DNA of 11,251 bases. Origin: a virus. The translations under genes were made by a program, and so were the position numbers. Position 1 is the stretch's first letter. Each line of letters starts with the position of its first letter. Positions 1 to 5,756 of the stretch are shown one piece after another. Below the pieces are notes generated by a model. That model was not told where the DNA came from. It searched no databases and was given only the letters and a program-made list of their open reading frames with translations. The stretch is taken from the UHGV virus genome UHGV-1558646; one strand, given 5' to 3'.

Positions 1-208
1 CCCAACACCAAACATACTGTTTATCGTTCGGCATTCGCTCACTACAGCTTATCCAGCCATCCGTAGTTACCGGAGAATTGCCAGCCTTGCGCATGGCAAT
101 CTCCATGATTTCAACCATATCCCCTGGTGGAATTTTACAATGCTGACCAGTATGCCTCTGCTGTCTGGCATATTCGAGGATGTGCTCCAGCTTGGTACGA
201 TTAATCAT
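1..208 (-). CDS. Partial phage protein, N-terminal 69 aa visible (DUF551-like motif W-x-SERMP...VW); C-terminus lies beyond the window start
   Basis: ATG at 208..206 overlaps the TGA stop (207..205) of the upstream 166-aa gene (ATGA coupling). Frame is open to position 1. Translation: MINRTKLEHILEYARQQRHTGQHCKIPPGDMVEIMEIAMRKAGNSPVTTDGWISCSERMPNDKQYVWCW. Not in the ORF track because it has no stop in the window. Confidence 0.45.
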   Translation of the reverse strand, partial: MINRTKLEHILEYARQQRHTGQHCKIPPGDMVEIMEIAMRKAGNSPVTTDGWISCSERMPNDKQYVWCW

Positions 209-705
209 GATTTATCTCCCTTAAGCATGGCAGCGCGGCAGGCATCCTCTACGCCCTTAACTGCATCTGCGCAGTAGTTATAGCGATTGCATTCCACTAA
301 CTTCTGCTTGAGATTTTCAATTGATTGCGCGATATCAGCCTGTATTACCGGAGCTGGCGGAACGGCTGTCTGCACTCGAACGTCATCAGGTACTACCGGC
401 TCTACTGCCAACTGACTGGCATATTTGTTAATGGTAACGATAAGCTCTTGCTCGGCCTCATCCAGACAATCACTGATACCTCGCCTGTCACCGTCAAAAT
501 CATCGAAATCGGCACGAACTCTGGAAAACTTCAGGATTGCGGACAACACTTCACCAGGAATAAGCCGAGAGTTGCCCGATAGTGCATTCTGCTCCAGTGA
601 TGCCAGAGCAATTCGTGCCAGTTCCATTTGTTCACCACTGGTAAGCCCGTTTTCAAGCGGATTTTTAATGAATAACTCGATACGTTCTTTGGTAATAGAA
701 TTCAT
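205..705 (-). CDS. Hypothetical phage early protein (166 aa)
   Basis: ORF track 205..705. ATG at 705 is preceded by SD AAGGTGA. Its stop overlaps the start of the next downstream gene (ATGA). Lies in a co-oriented left-operon gene chain. Confidence 0.6.
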   Translation of the reverse strand: MNSITKERIELFIKNPLENGLTSGEQMELARIALASLEQNALSGNSRLIPGEVLSAILKFSRVRADFDDFDGDRRGISDCLDEAEQELIVTINKYASQLAVEPVVPDDVRVQTAVPPAPVIQADIAQSIENLKQKLVECNRYNYCADAVKGVEDACRAAMLKGDKS

Positions 706-706
706 G

Positions 707-895
707 CTATTTCACCTTAATCTCAACATTTCGCAGCTTTATGTCTACTGGCAGGTCTGACTTTCCGGTTAATGCTAATGCGAGATTTTCTGGAGTAATG
801 AGAGCAGTTATTGTTCTACCCATCGCAAGGCGGATAATCAGCCTTATCTCTTCGTCACAAGCGCCAGGGCGAATAATTGATATTTGTCCGTTCAC
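707..895 (-). CDS. Small hypothetical protein (62 aa from GTG at 895; ORF track extends to an ATG at 937)
   Basis: GTG at 895..893 is preceded by SD AAGGAG at 6-nt spacing and sits 1 nt after the TGA of the ead/Ea22-like gene. The upstream ATG at 937 lacks an SD and would overlap the preceding gene by 41 nt. Confidence 0.4.
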   Translation of the reverse strand: MNGQISIIRPGACDEEIRLIIRLAMGRTITALITPENLALALTGKSDLPVDIKLRNVEIKVK

Positions 896-896
896 C

Positions 897-1511
897 TCAC
901 TCTCCTTTAATGCGAATGCCAGCGGCGCGGGAATCATTCCATCGCTTTACTTCTTCACGAATTACGTCAATGCATTCTTTCGAATCCATTAGGTAATCTT
1001 CATCAAAAAGACGTTCCTGTTCGTTTTCTATCGCAACAATGATTGATTCAACTAACTTTTGTGCCTGAGAACCACTTTCTAACTCTTCTATGCGCTTACT
1101 CCCATCAGAGATAACACCTTCGTAATATTCACGCTGCTCGTTGAGTTTTGATTTTGCTTCCTCAAGCTCAACACGCAGTTTCCCTACCGTTAGCGCAATA
1201 TCCTCGTTCTCCTGGTCGCGGCGTTTGATGTATTGCTGGTTCCTTTCCCGTTCATCCAGTAGTGCCAGCACGGTAGCCGGGTTAGCCTCTGCTATGAATT
1301 CAGCGTTTGCATAAGCCTGAGCATCTGTTTCAACCAGGCAGTTAACATGACATTCTGCAATCACGCCACCGGGTTCTCCTTTCCATTTTTGACAAACAAA
1401 AACTCCTGTTAAATTGCCGTGCTGGTTAACAGATGTATGCCCTACGATGTAGCTTCCTTTAGTTGCTTTCTCTGCCTTTTCACGCAGTGTCTGATAATTA
1501 ATCTCGCTCAC
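897..1511 (-). CDS. ead/Ea22-like family protein (204 aa), GTG start
   Basis: N-terminus [23 protein letters not shown] followed by a long acidic coiled-coil, as recalled for ead/Ea22-like prophage proteins. Start codon is GTG (plus-strand cac at 1509..1511) with strong SD AAAGGAGG 6 nt upstream. Confidence 0.6.
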   Translation of the reverse strand: MSEINYQTLREKAEKATKGSYIVGHTSVNQHGNLTGVFVCQKWKGEPGGVIAECHVNCLVETDAQAYANAEFIAEANPATVLALLDERERNQQYIKRRDQENEDIALTVGKLRVELEEAKSKLNEQREYYEGVISDGSKRIEELESGSQAQKLVESIIVAIENEQERLFDEDYLMDSKECIDVIREEVKRWNDSRAAGIRIKGE

Positions 1512-1633
1512 TGGTTGCCTCCTTTACGCCACATCGCATTCAGATATTTGTTGTCATTAACAGAACCGAAACTCTTTCTCTTAAGCAATTCCTCTCTCGA
1601 TGGCATTGGCTTTACGCGTTGGCGAATAATCAT
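1508..1633 (-). CDS. Possible small ORF (41 aa), below the ORF-track size cutoff
   Basis: ATG at 1633..1631; translation [41 protein letters not shown]. Its TGA overlaps the GTG start of the ead gene (GTGA). No clear SD; fills an otherwise 160-bp gap in a tightly packed operon. Confidence 0.25.
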   Translation of the reverse strand: MIIRQRVKPMPSREELLKRKSFGSVNDNKYLNAMWRKGGNQ

Positions 1634-1671
1634 TTCTGCCGGAAGAATGCCGGGATTGCATGCAAGTCCTC

Positions 1672-1962
1672 TCATGATTTACTCTCCACGAACTGGTCAA
1701 TAGCCATGCTAAGTGATACACCTAAAGTCTTGATATGCTGCTGAATATCCTGTAGCGTCTGCGCCTGAGATAACAGGATTTCACGGTTGCATAACTCTTT
1801 GACCAGATGCTCAAACTTGCTGTAATAACCGATACGACTTAGTGTTTCTTTCCCTGCATTCTCACCTTCTTTGATAATTCCTCTTTCGCTAAGAATCAGA
1901 TCGTGTTTGGTTCCGGTAATAACGTATTTTCCGAGGTCGATGTTTAGCTTCATTGTTTTCAT
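1672..1962 (-). CDS. Hypothetical phage early protein (96 aa from ATG at 1962; ORF extends to 1995)
   Basis: ORF track 1672..1995. Internal ATG at 1962 has SD GAGGAA at 6-nt spacing. Earlier ATGs at 1995 and 1980 lack an SD and overlap the upstream gene. Confidence 0.5.
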   Translation of the reverse strand: MKTMKLNIDLGKYVITGTKHDLILSERGIIKEGENAGKETLSRIGYYSKFEHLVKELCNREILLSQAQTLQDIQQHIKTLGVSLSMAIDQFVESKS

Positions 1963-1972
1963 TGTTAATTCC

Positions 1973-2269
1973 TCAGTCATTACTGATAGCGCCATAGCGT
2001 GAGCGGTAATTACGCAGGCGCGGGTCGATATATTCAGGGAAGTTGGTATATGTGGCTTTGCGGAATGGTCGGATTGATGTTTCGTTTATTCGGTCTTTTT
2101 CCTGTTTTTCTGCGAGTTGTATATCGCGTCGGTACATCCGTTCTGCTTTTGTTTCTGGTGTCAGAGCAAGAAACGCGTCGAAATTGTTTTTGATATTTTC
2201 CAGCACCTCCGCCTTGGAGCTACCGGAGCAGTTGCGCGGGTCATCCGCACCATACAGAGGCGCTGGCAT
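1973..2269 (-). CDS. Hypothetical phage early protein (98 aa)
   Basis: ORF track 1973..2269. ATG at 2269 with a weak SD (AAGG). Co-oriented, 23 nt downstream of the stop of the preceding gene. Confidence 0.5.
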   Translation of the reverse strand: MPAPLYGADDPRNCSGSSKAEVLENIKNNFDAFLALTPETKAERMYRRDIQLAEKQEKDRINETSIRPFRKATYTNFPEYIDPRLRNYRSRYGAISND

Positions 2270-2292
2270 AATGGGAGCCTTATTTTCAGTAA

Positions 2293-2880
2293 TCAGAAAG
2301 AAGGGTAATCGTTCTGGCTGTAACCATAATCATCTGCATGATTCTGGCTTACGTTTTTAGAGCGATTGTCTTTATCTTTGAGATGGGCAACCATGTTGGT
2401 GATAGTTTCTGGTTGCTTGCCTTCTGCCTTTTCTTTAAGGGTTTGACCTGTTTGTGCAATAAACGGGATGCGTATTTCCATCTGATAGCTGTCTGCACCA
2501 GTCCTTTTGTTTGTGGTTAATACTTTCTGGAGCACTAACCCGATTTTCTTTCCATGAAATTCAGGTGCAACAAATTTACTGGCGGAAACCATATGTTGCG
2601 TTAACTGCTTAATCCCAACACACCCCATCATGGCATGAACGACATTTGCACCAAACTTGTTTTCCGTTCCGTCATTTTTCTGAACACAAACGCTAAGATA
2701 CTGGATTTTACGTCCGTCGTCGGATTCGCCAGAAAACTCAATAAATTTGGCTCCTTTTTCTGATTGCTTTAGTTCTGCTTCAGTAATGGTAATGATATGA
2801 GCGCCAGTTTCGTTAATAAAACCACCTTGCCCTGCGGTCAGTGCTGCTTCTTCGTTATAAGTAAAAATCACGTTGCTCAT
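2293..2880 (-). CDS. Sak4 partner protein, putative ssDNA-binding/accessory protein (195 aa) with acidic-aromatic C-terminal tail ...DDYGYSQNDYPSF
   Basis: ATG at 2880 overlaps the TGA of the upstream Sak4-like gene (ATGA). C-terminal tail is reminiscent of the SSB tip (DDDIPF). Assignment is by position and tail, not by recognised OB-fold motifs. Confidence 0.55.
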   Translation of the reverse strand: MSNVIFTYNEEAALTAGQGGFINETGAHIITITEAELKQSEKGAKFIEFSGESDDGRKIQYLSVCVQKNDGTENKFGANVVHAMMGCVGIKQLTQHMVSASKFVAPEFHGKKIGLVLQKVLTTNKRTGADSYQMEIRIPFIAQTGQTLKEKAEGKQPETITNMVAHLKDKDNRSKNVSQNHADDYGYSQNDYPSF

Positions 2881-3557
2881 GCGGCGTTTTCCTTAATTTG
2901 ATGAACATTATTGATGCCGTAGTAATCACAAACAGTGGCATCGACGAAAGAGAGATCGTTATCAATCTCATTGGAATCAAACATTCCCATTGGGGATTTA
3001 ACAGTGTCTGCACCGTTGTTTTTTGTAGTGAAAAAGAACTGGTCATCACGGGTAAGGGTGCGAAGAACTATAGTAAACATGCCTTCGACAGTGATTTTCT
3101 CGTCCAGCATTTTGCCGATAGTTTTCATTTTCACACGCCCCATAGGGGTTTCTTCGGTGTGTGCAAGAAAATAGACTCTCAGGTCATCAGGTGCATCCTG
3201 TGCAGCCTTAATCACCTCCCATGCGTGGCGGCCTATCTCAGTGAATTTATCAAACGATTTTTCTTCTGAGCGGCGCATAAACTCATTGCTCATCACATAC
3301 TGGAAGTCATCAACAATAACGATTCTTTTCCCGTATTCGTGAGCACGCTTAATTACGGCAACTATTACGTCCCATTTGTCAGTGGTAACTACGGTTCCTT
3401 TTTTTGCTCTGGCATCCCATGCCAGCCATTCTTTTGATTTAAATGGTAGCGGCTTGCCTATTGGTTTTATAAGTATTGCTTCCTCTGGATTGATATTTCT
3501 CATGCTGGTTGATTTTCCGGTGCCAGATTCACCGAGTATTAATGTTGCAGTTCCCAT
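2877..3557 (-). CDS. Sak4-like core-only RecA-fold ATPase (AAA_24 family) recombination protein (226 aa)
   Basis: Walker A GESGTGKST at residues 8-16 and Walker B-like RIVIVDDF. Size and N-terminal P-loop are typical of phage Sak4/AAA_24. SD GAGGTGA before the ATG at 3557. Sits where lambda has the Red genes. Confidence 0.7.
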   Translation of the reverse strand: MGTATLILGESGTGKSTSMRNINPEEAILIKPIGKPLPFKSKEWLAWDARAKKGTVVTTDKWDVIVAVIKRAHEYGKRIVIVDDFQYVMSNEFMRRSEEKSFDKFTEIGRHAWEVIKAAQDAPDDLRVYFLAHTEETPMGRVKMKTIGKMLDEKITVEGMFTIVLRTLTRDDQFFFTTKNNGADTVKSPMGMFDSNEIDNDLSFVDATVCDYYGINNVHQIKENAA

Positions 3558-3565
3558 AATTCACC

Positions 3566-3754
3566 TCAGAATGGTAATTCGGATGAGGAGGAAAGAAACT
3601 CGCGCTCATTCATGCGCTCTCTTTGCGCCTGCCATAAGCAAAGTTGTTTCTTTGATTTATCTCCCGCTTTACGCCAGTAACGAGCCTCAGCAATGTGATA
3701 TTCTCTTTTTAATCGACTTAACTCTGGAGTTTTCGCCAGTTCTACCGGAATCAT
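3566..3754 (-). CDS. Small basic hypothetical protein (62 aa)
   Basis: ATG at 3754 overlaps the kil TGA (ATGA), with SD GGAGG 5 nt upstream. Translation: MIPVELAKTPELSRLKREYHIAEARYWRKAGDKSKKQLCLWQAQRERMNEREFLSSSSELPF. The ORF-track start at 3766 is in frame but lacks an SD. Confidence 0.5.
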   Translation of the reverse strand: MIPVELAKTPELSRLKREYHIAEARYWRKAGDKSKKQLCLWQAQRERMNEREFLSSSSELPF

Positions 3755-3864
3755 TTTGACCTCCATTTCCTGTAGGCTTCGACGGCCTCACGAAACATCT
3801 TTTCATCACCAATAAAAGTGGCGATAGTGAATTTAGTCTGGATAGCCATAAGTGTTTTATCCAT
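3751..3864 (-). CDS. kil: Kil-like host cell-division inhibitor peptide (37 aa)
   Basis: Translation MDKTLMAIQTKFTIATFIGDEKMFREAVEAYRKWRSK closely matches the lambda Kil N-terminus as I recall it (MDQTLMAIQTKFTIATFIGDEKMFREAVDAYKKW...). ATG at 3864 with SD AGGAG. Overlaps the end of cIII as in lambda. Confidence 0.6.
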   Translation of the reverse strand: MDKTLMAIQTKFTIATFIGDEKMFREAVEAYRKWRSK

Positions 3865-3997
3865 TTTTGGGAACTCCTGGCTGATTAAGTATGTCGATAA
3901 GGCGTTTCCATCCGTCACGTAATTTACGGGTGATTCGTTCAAGTAAAGATTCGGAAGGGCAGCCAGCAACAGGCCACCCTGCAATGGCATATTGCAT
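3857..3997 (-). CDS. cIII: cIII (46 aa), anti-FtsH regulator of cII stability
   Basis: Read by hand in a frame absent from the ORF track: MQYAIAGWPVAGCPSESLLERITRKLRDGWKRLIDILNQPGVPKNG. This matches lambda CIII (recalled) over its first 46 residues. SD TAAGGAG 6 nt upstream of the ATG at 3997. Confidence 0.65.
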   Translation of the reverse strand: MQYAIAGWPVAGCPSESLLERITRKLRDGWKRLIDILNQPGVPKNG

Positions 3998-4061
3998 GGT
4001 GTGCTCCTTATTTATTTACACATAACGAAAACGCCTCTAGTGAAGCGTTATTGGTATGCAT

Positions 4062-4087
4062 ATAAAAAAGCCCTCACATTGGAGGGC
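4062..4087 (-). terminator. Intrinsic terminator-like hairpin, leftward transcript (tL-like)
   Basis: Minus strand reads GCCCTC-caatgt-GAGGGC followed by TTTTTTATA. Stem at plus 4070..4075 and 4082..4087; T-run is the complement of 4064..4069. Confidence 0.5.
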
Positions 4088-4149
4088 AAAGAAGATTTCC
4101 AATAATCAGAGCAAGTCGGCTCCTGTTTAGTTACGAGCGACATTGCTCC

Positions 4150-4177
4150 GTGTATTCACTCGTTGGAATGAATACAC
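4150..4177. repeat. 9-bp inverted repeat GTGTATTCA-N10-TGAATACAC
   Basis: Perfect 9-bp arms at 4150..4158 and 4169..4177 in the intergenic region between the 207-aa gene and cIII. Possible protein-binding site or RNA hairpin. Confidence 0.4.
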
Positions 4178-4204
4178 AGTGCAGTGTTTATTCTGTTGTT
4201 TATG

Positions 4205-4231
4205 CCAAAAATAAAGGCCGATTATGCGGCC
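4205..4231 (-). terminator. Intrinsic terminator-like hairpin directly after the 207-aa gene
   Basis: Minus strand reads GGCCGCATAATCGGCC followed by TTTATTTTTGG. Stem overlaps the TAA stop at 4222..4224. Confidence 0.5.
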
Positions 4232-4845
4232 TCGGAAGGAAGTCCAATCATCTTATTCAAATCTTCTACCCGTAAAGCAGGAAGTGCTGTACTTGCTTTA
4301 TCTGCTTCTTTTGGTAGCAATTCTTTGCTTTCAGGCCAAACTTCAATAAGTCGCTTAACTGTTGTGACTGATTTCAAAGCAGCCCATACATTTGATTCGA
4401 TATCCTTTTTCTTGGCTTCAAGTTTTTGTTGCAATGCGCAGATTTCATCAAACCTTTTTGTTATTTCGTGTTCTGCGTCAAACATGCATTTATCTTTGAT
4501 CGGAGTAGGGAGCAATATATCTTTGCCGTTGCCGTCTTCCCCATATGAATGCCATCCAACCCTTCTGCCAGATACAGTCAGATAAATTGAAGTAGAACTA
4601 ACATCGTATGAGTAAAATGAACATCCCATCTTTCCAAGTTCTTCACTTATAGCTACCAACTTGGATGATAACTGATCCACTTCCTCAGTTTTCTTTTTAC
4701 CGCCAAACGCAATAACTCTGGCGTCAAGTGCAAGCTGGTTCTTTAACTTTGTTACTTCTTCAAGTTCAGTGAACACCCCGGACTTAATTAAAGCGTTACG
4801 AGCGATTTCCTCTTTCATTCTCGTAGTTAAGCGGATTGATGACAT
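4222..4845 (-). CDS. Hypothetical protein of unknown function (207 aa), AT-rich
   Basis: ATG at 4845 with SD GAGAGGAA 5 nt upstream. The ORF-track start at 4905 is a TTG overlapping the N stop. Translation starts MSSIRLTTRMKEEIARNALIKSG. No recognisable motif. Composition is visibly more AT-rich than the flanking genes. Confidence 0.6.
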   Translation of the reverse strand: MSSIRLTTRMKEEIARNALIKSGVFTELEEVTKLKNQLALDARVIAFGGKKKTEEVDQLSSKLVAISEELGKMGCSFYSYDVSSTSIYLTVSGRRVGWHSYGEDGNGKDILLPTPIKDKCMFDAEHEITKRFDEICALQQKLEAKKKDIESNVWAALKSVTTVKRLIEVWPESKELLPKEADKASTALPALRVEDLNKMIGLPSEAA

Positions 4846-4906
4846 ATTAATTCCTCTCAAATAAGTGGTTTGCTGCCTAATTTCATTTTCTGGCGACCAA
4901 CACAAG

Positions 4907-5290
4907 TCACCTCGCCGTCAGTTGTTTGTATTTCCGGTAGCCTGCCGCGTAAATGGCTACGTTTGGAAGACATACACCAGTTTCTGGTTGCTTATGTCCA
5001 AACTCATTCGCGTACACAATGGCTGCTCGCTCCAGATTGCGTCTGTATTCTTTCTGTTGCCAGATCACGTCCTGTGCCATGAACTTAATTGGCTTAGCGT
5101 CTTCTATGCGCTCAGGCGTTTCGTGAGTACCTTTAGCCTGAATCTGCGCTCTGCTTAGAGTAGGGCGGTGTAATACTTCTGAACTTATTGCTTCTTCGCG
5201 GGCCAGCACGCCGTTAGCTAATGCCTTTGCCTTTAAACGCTCACGACGACGAGAACGTGAATTGCCTTTGAACTGAGTTCTGCGTGTCAT
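4907..5290 (-). CDS. N: N-type transcription antitermination protein, P22 gene 24-like (127 aa)
   Basis: N-terminal arginine-rich motif GNSRSRRRERLKAKALA and C-terminus LPNVAIYAAGYRKYKQLTAR resemble P22 N as I recall it. ATG at 5290 with SD AGGAGG at 6-nt spacing; the ORF-track start at 5356 lacks an SD. nutL boxB lies upstream. Confidence 0.7.
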   Translation of the reverse strand: MTRRTQFKGNSRSRRRERLKAKALANGVLAREEAISSEVLHRPTLSRAQIQAKGTHETPERIEDAKPIKFMAQDVIWQQKEYRRNLERAAIVYANEFGHKQPETGVCLPNVAIYAAGYRKYKQLTAR

Positions 5291-5419
5291 ATGGAACCTC
5301 CTGATGAACTTTGGCGGTGAATACAGCCGGGCGACTAACTCCGGTCGCGTAATCATTGCAAAGCGCCTCCGCCGAGAAGGTTAGCTTCTGCATTCACCCC
5401 AAAGTTCACTTTGGTTATT

Positions 5420-5434
5420 GCGCTTTGTCAGCGC
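5420..5434 (-). promoter_or_regulatory. nutL boxB RNA hairpin (P22-type, GACAA loop)
   Basis: Minus strand reads GCGCTGACAAAGCGC: 5-bp stem, 5-nt GACAA loop. This matches the P22 boxB-left sequence as I recall it. Located about 130 nt upstream of the N start codon. Confidence 0.55.
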
Positions 5435-5460
5435 CGTAGATTCATATTCGAATCGTTGTA

Positions 5461-5481
5461 TATTCACCGCCCTGGTGAGTA
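5461..5481. promoter_or_regulatory. Operator-like 21-bp near-palindrome TATTCACC-GCCCT-GGTGAGTA in the PL region
   Basis: Arms TATTCACC and TACTCACC (7 of 8 match) with a 5-bp centre. The half-site resembles lambda operator half-sites (TATCACCGC). An exact inverted copy of TATTCACCGCC occurs at 5313..5323. Confidence 0.35.
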
Positions 5482-5511
5482 GTGCGTCCTGCTGATGACG
5501 ATAATAATGAA

Positions 5512-5542
5512 CCAATAGTTCGACATTATCAAGAACTATTGG
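5512..5542. promoter_or_regulatory. 31-bp palindrome CCAATAGTTC-N11-GAACTATTGG
   Basis: Perfect 10-bp inverted arms at 5512..5521 and 5533..5542 in the PL control region, between the moron terminator and nutL. Confidence 0.3.
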
Positions 5543-5716
5543 TACGAATTTTGGTGATTTATTAACTCTACGAAGTATGATTCTGATATATAAGGAAATT
5601 TATTTTTGAAAATGTGGCTGATGAAGGTTATGCGGCAGGGATCAGAACTGCATGGTTTAGCGAGTTACATCAATAAATACAATTGGTTATGTGTTTTTAG
5701 GTGGGGGATCGAGAGG

Positions 5717-5743
5717 CAAATAAAACCCGGCTCGGTGGCCGGG
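5717..5743 (-). terminator. Intrinsic terminator closing the repressor/moron transcript
   Basis: GC-rich stem CCCGGC / GCCGGG (5726..5731 and 5738..5743) followed on the minus strand by TTTTATTTG, about 14 nt after the TAA of the 341-aa gene. Also T-rich on the plus side. Confidence 0.55.
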
Positions 5744-5756
5744 GTTAGATTTTCTG

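Noticed and set aside
325-760. Plus-strand ORFs 325..582 and 425..760 (and similar plus-strand ORFs at 741..992, 1419..1703, 1999..2520, 2898..3269, 3376..3759, 4184..4585, 4865..5158, 5866..6534, 6851..7129)
   Set aside because: All are antisense to co-oriented minus-strand genes that have RBSs and coupled start/stop overlaps. Products are low-complexity with no motifs; treated as shadow ORFs.
3751-3990. 79-aa ORF as given in the ORF track (MPLQGG...)
   Set aside because: Only the C-terminal 37 aa are Kil-like and preceded by an SD. The upstream extension overlaps cIII, which is read in a different frame with a strong SD and a lambda CIII match. Split into cIII (3857..3997) and kil (3751..3864).
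5436-5460. boxA element for nutL
   Set aside because: No CGCTCTTA-like sequence was found on the minus strand within 40 nt upstream of the nutL boxB, so only boxB is annotated for nutL.
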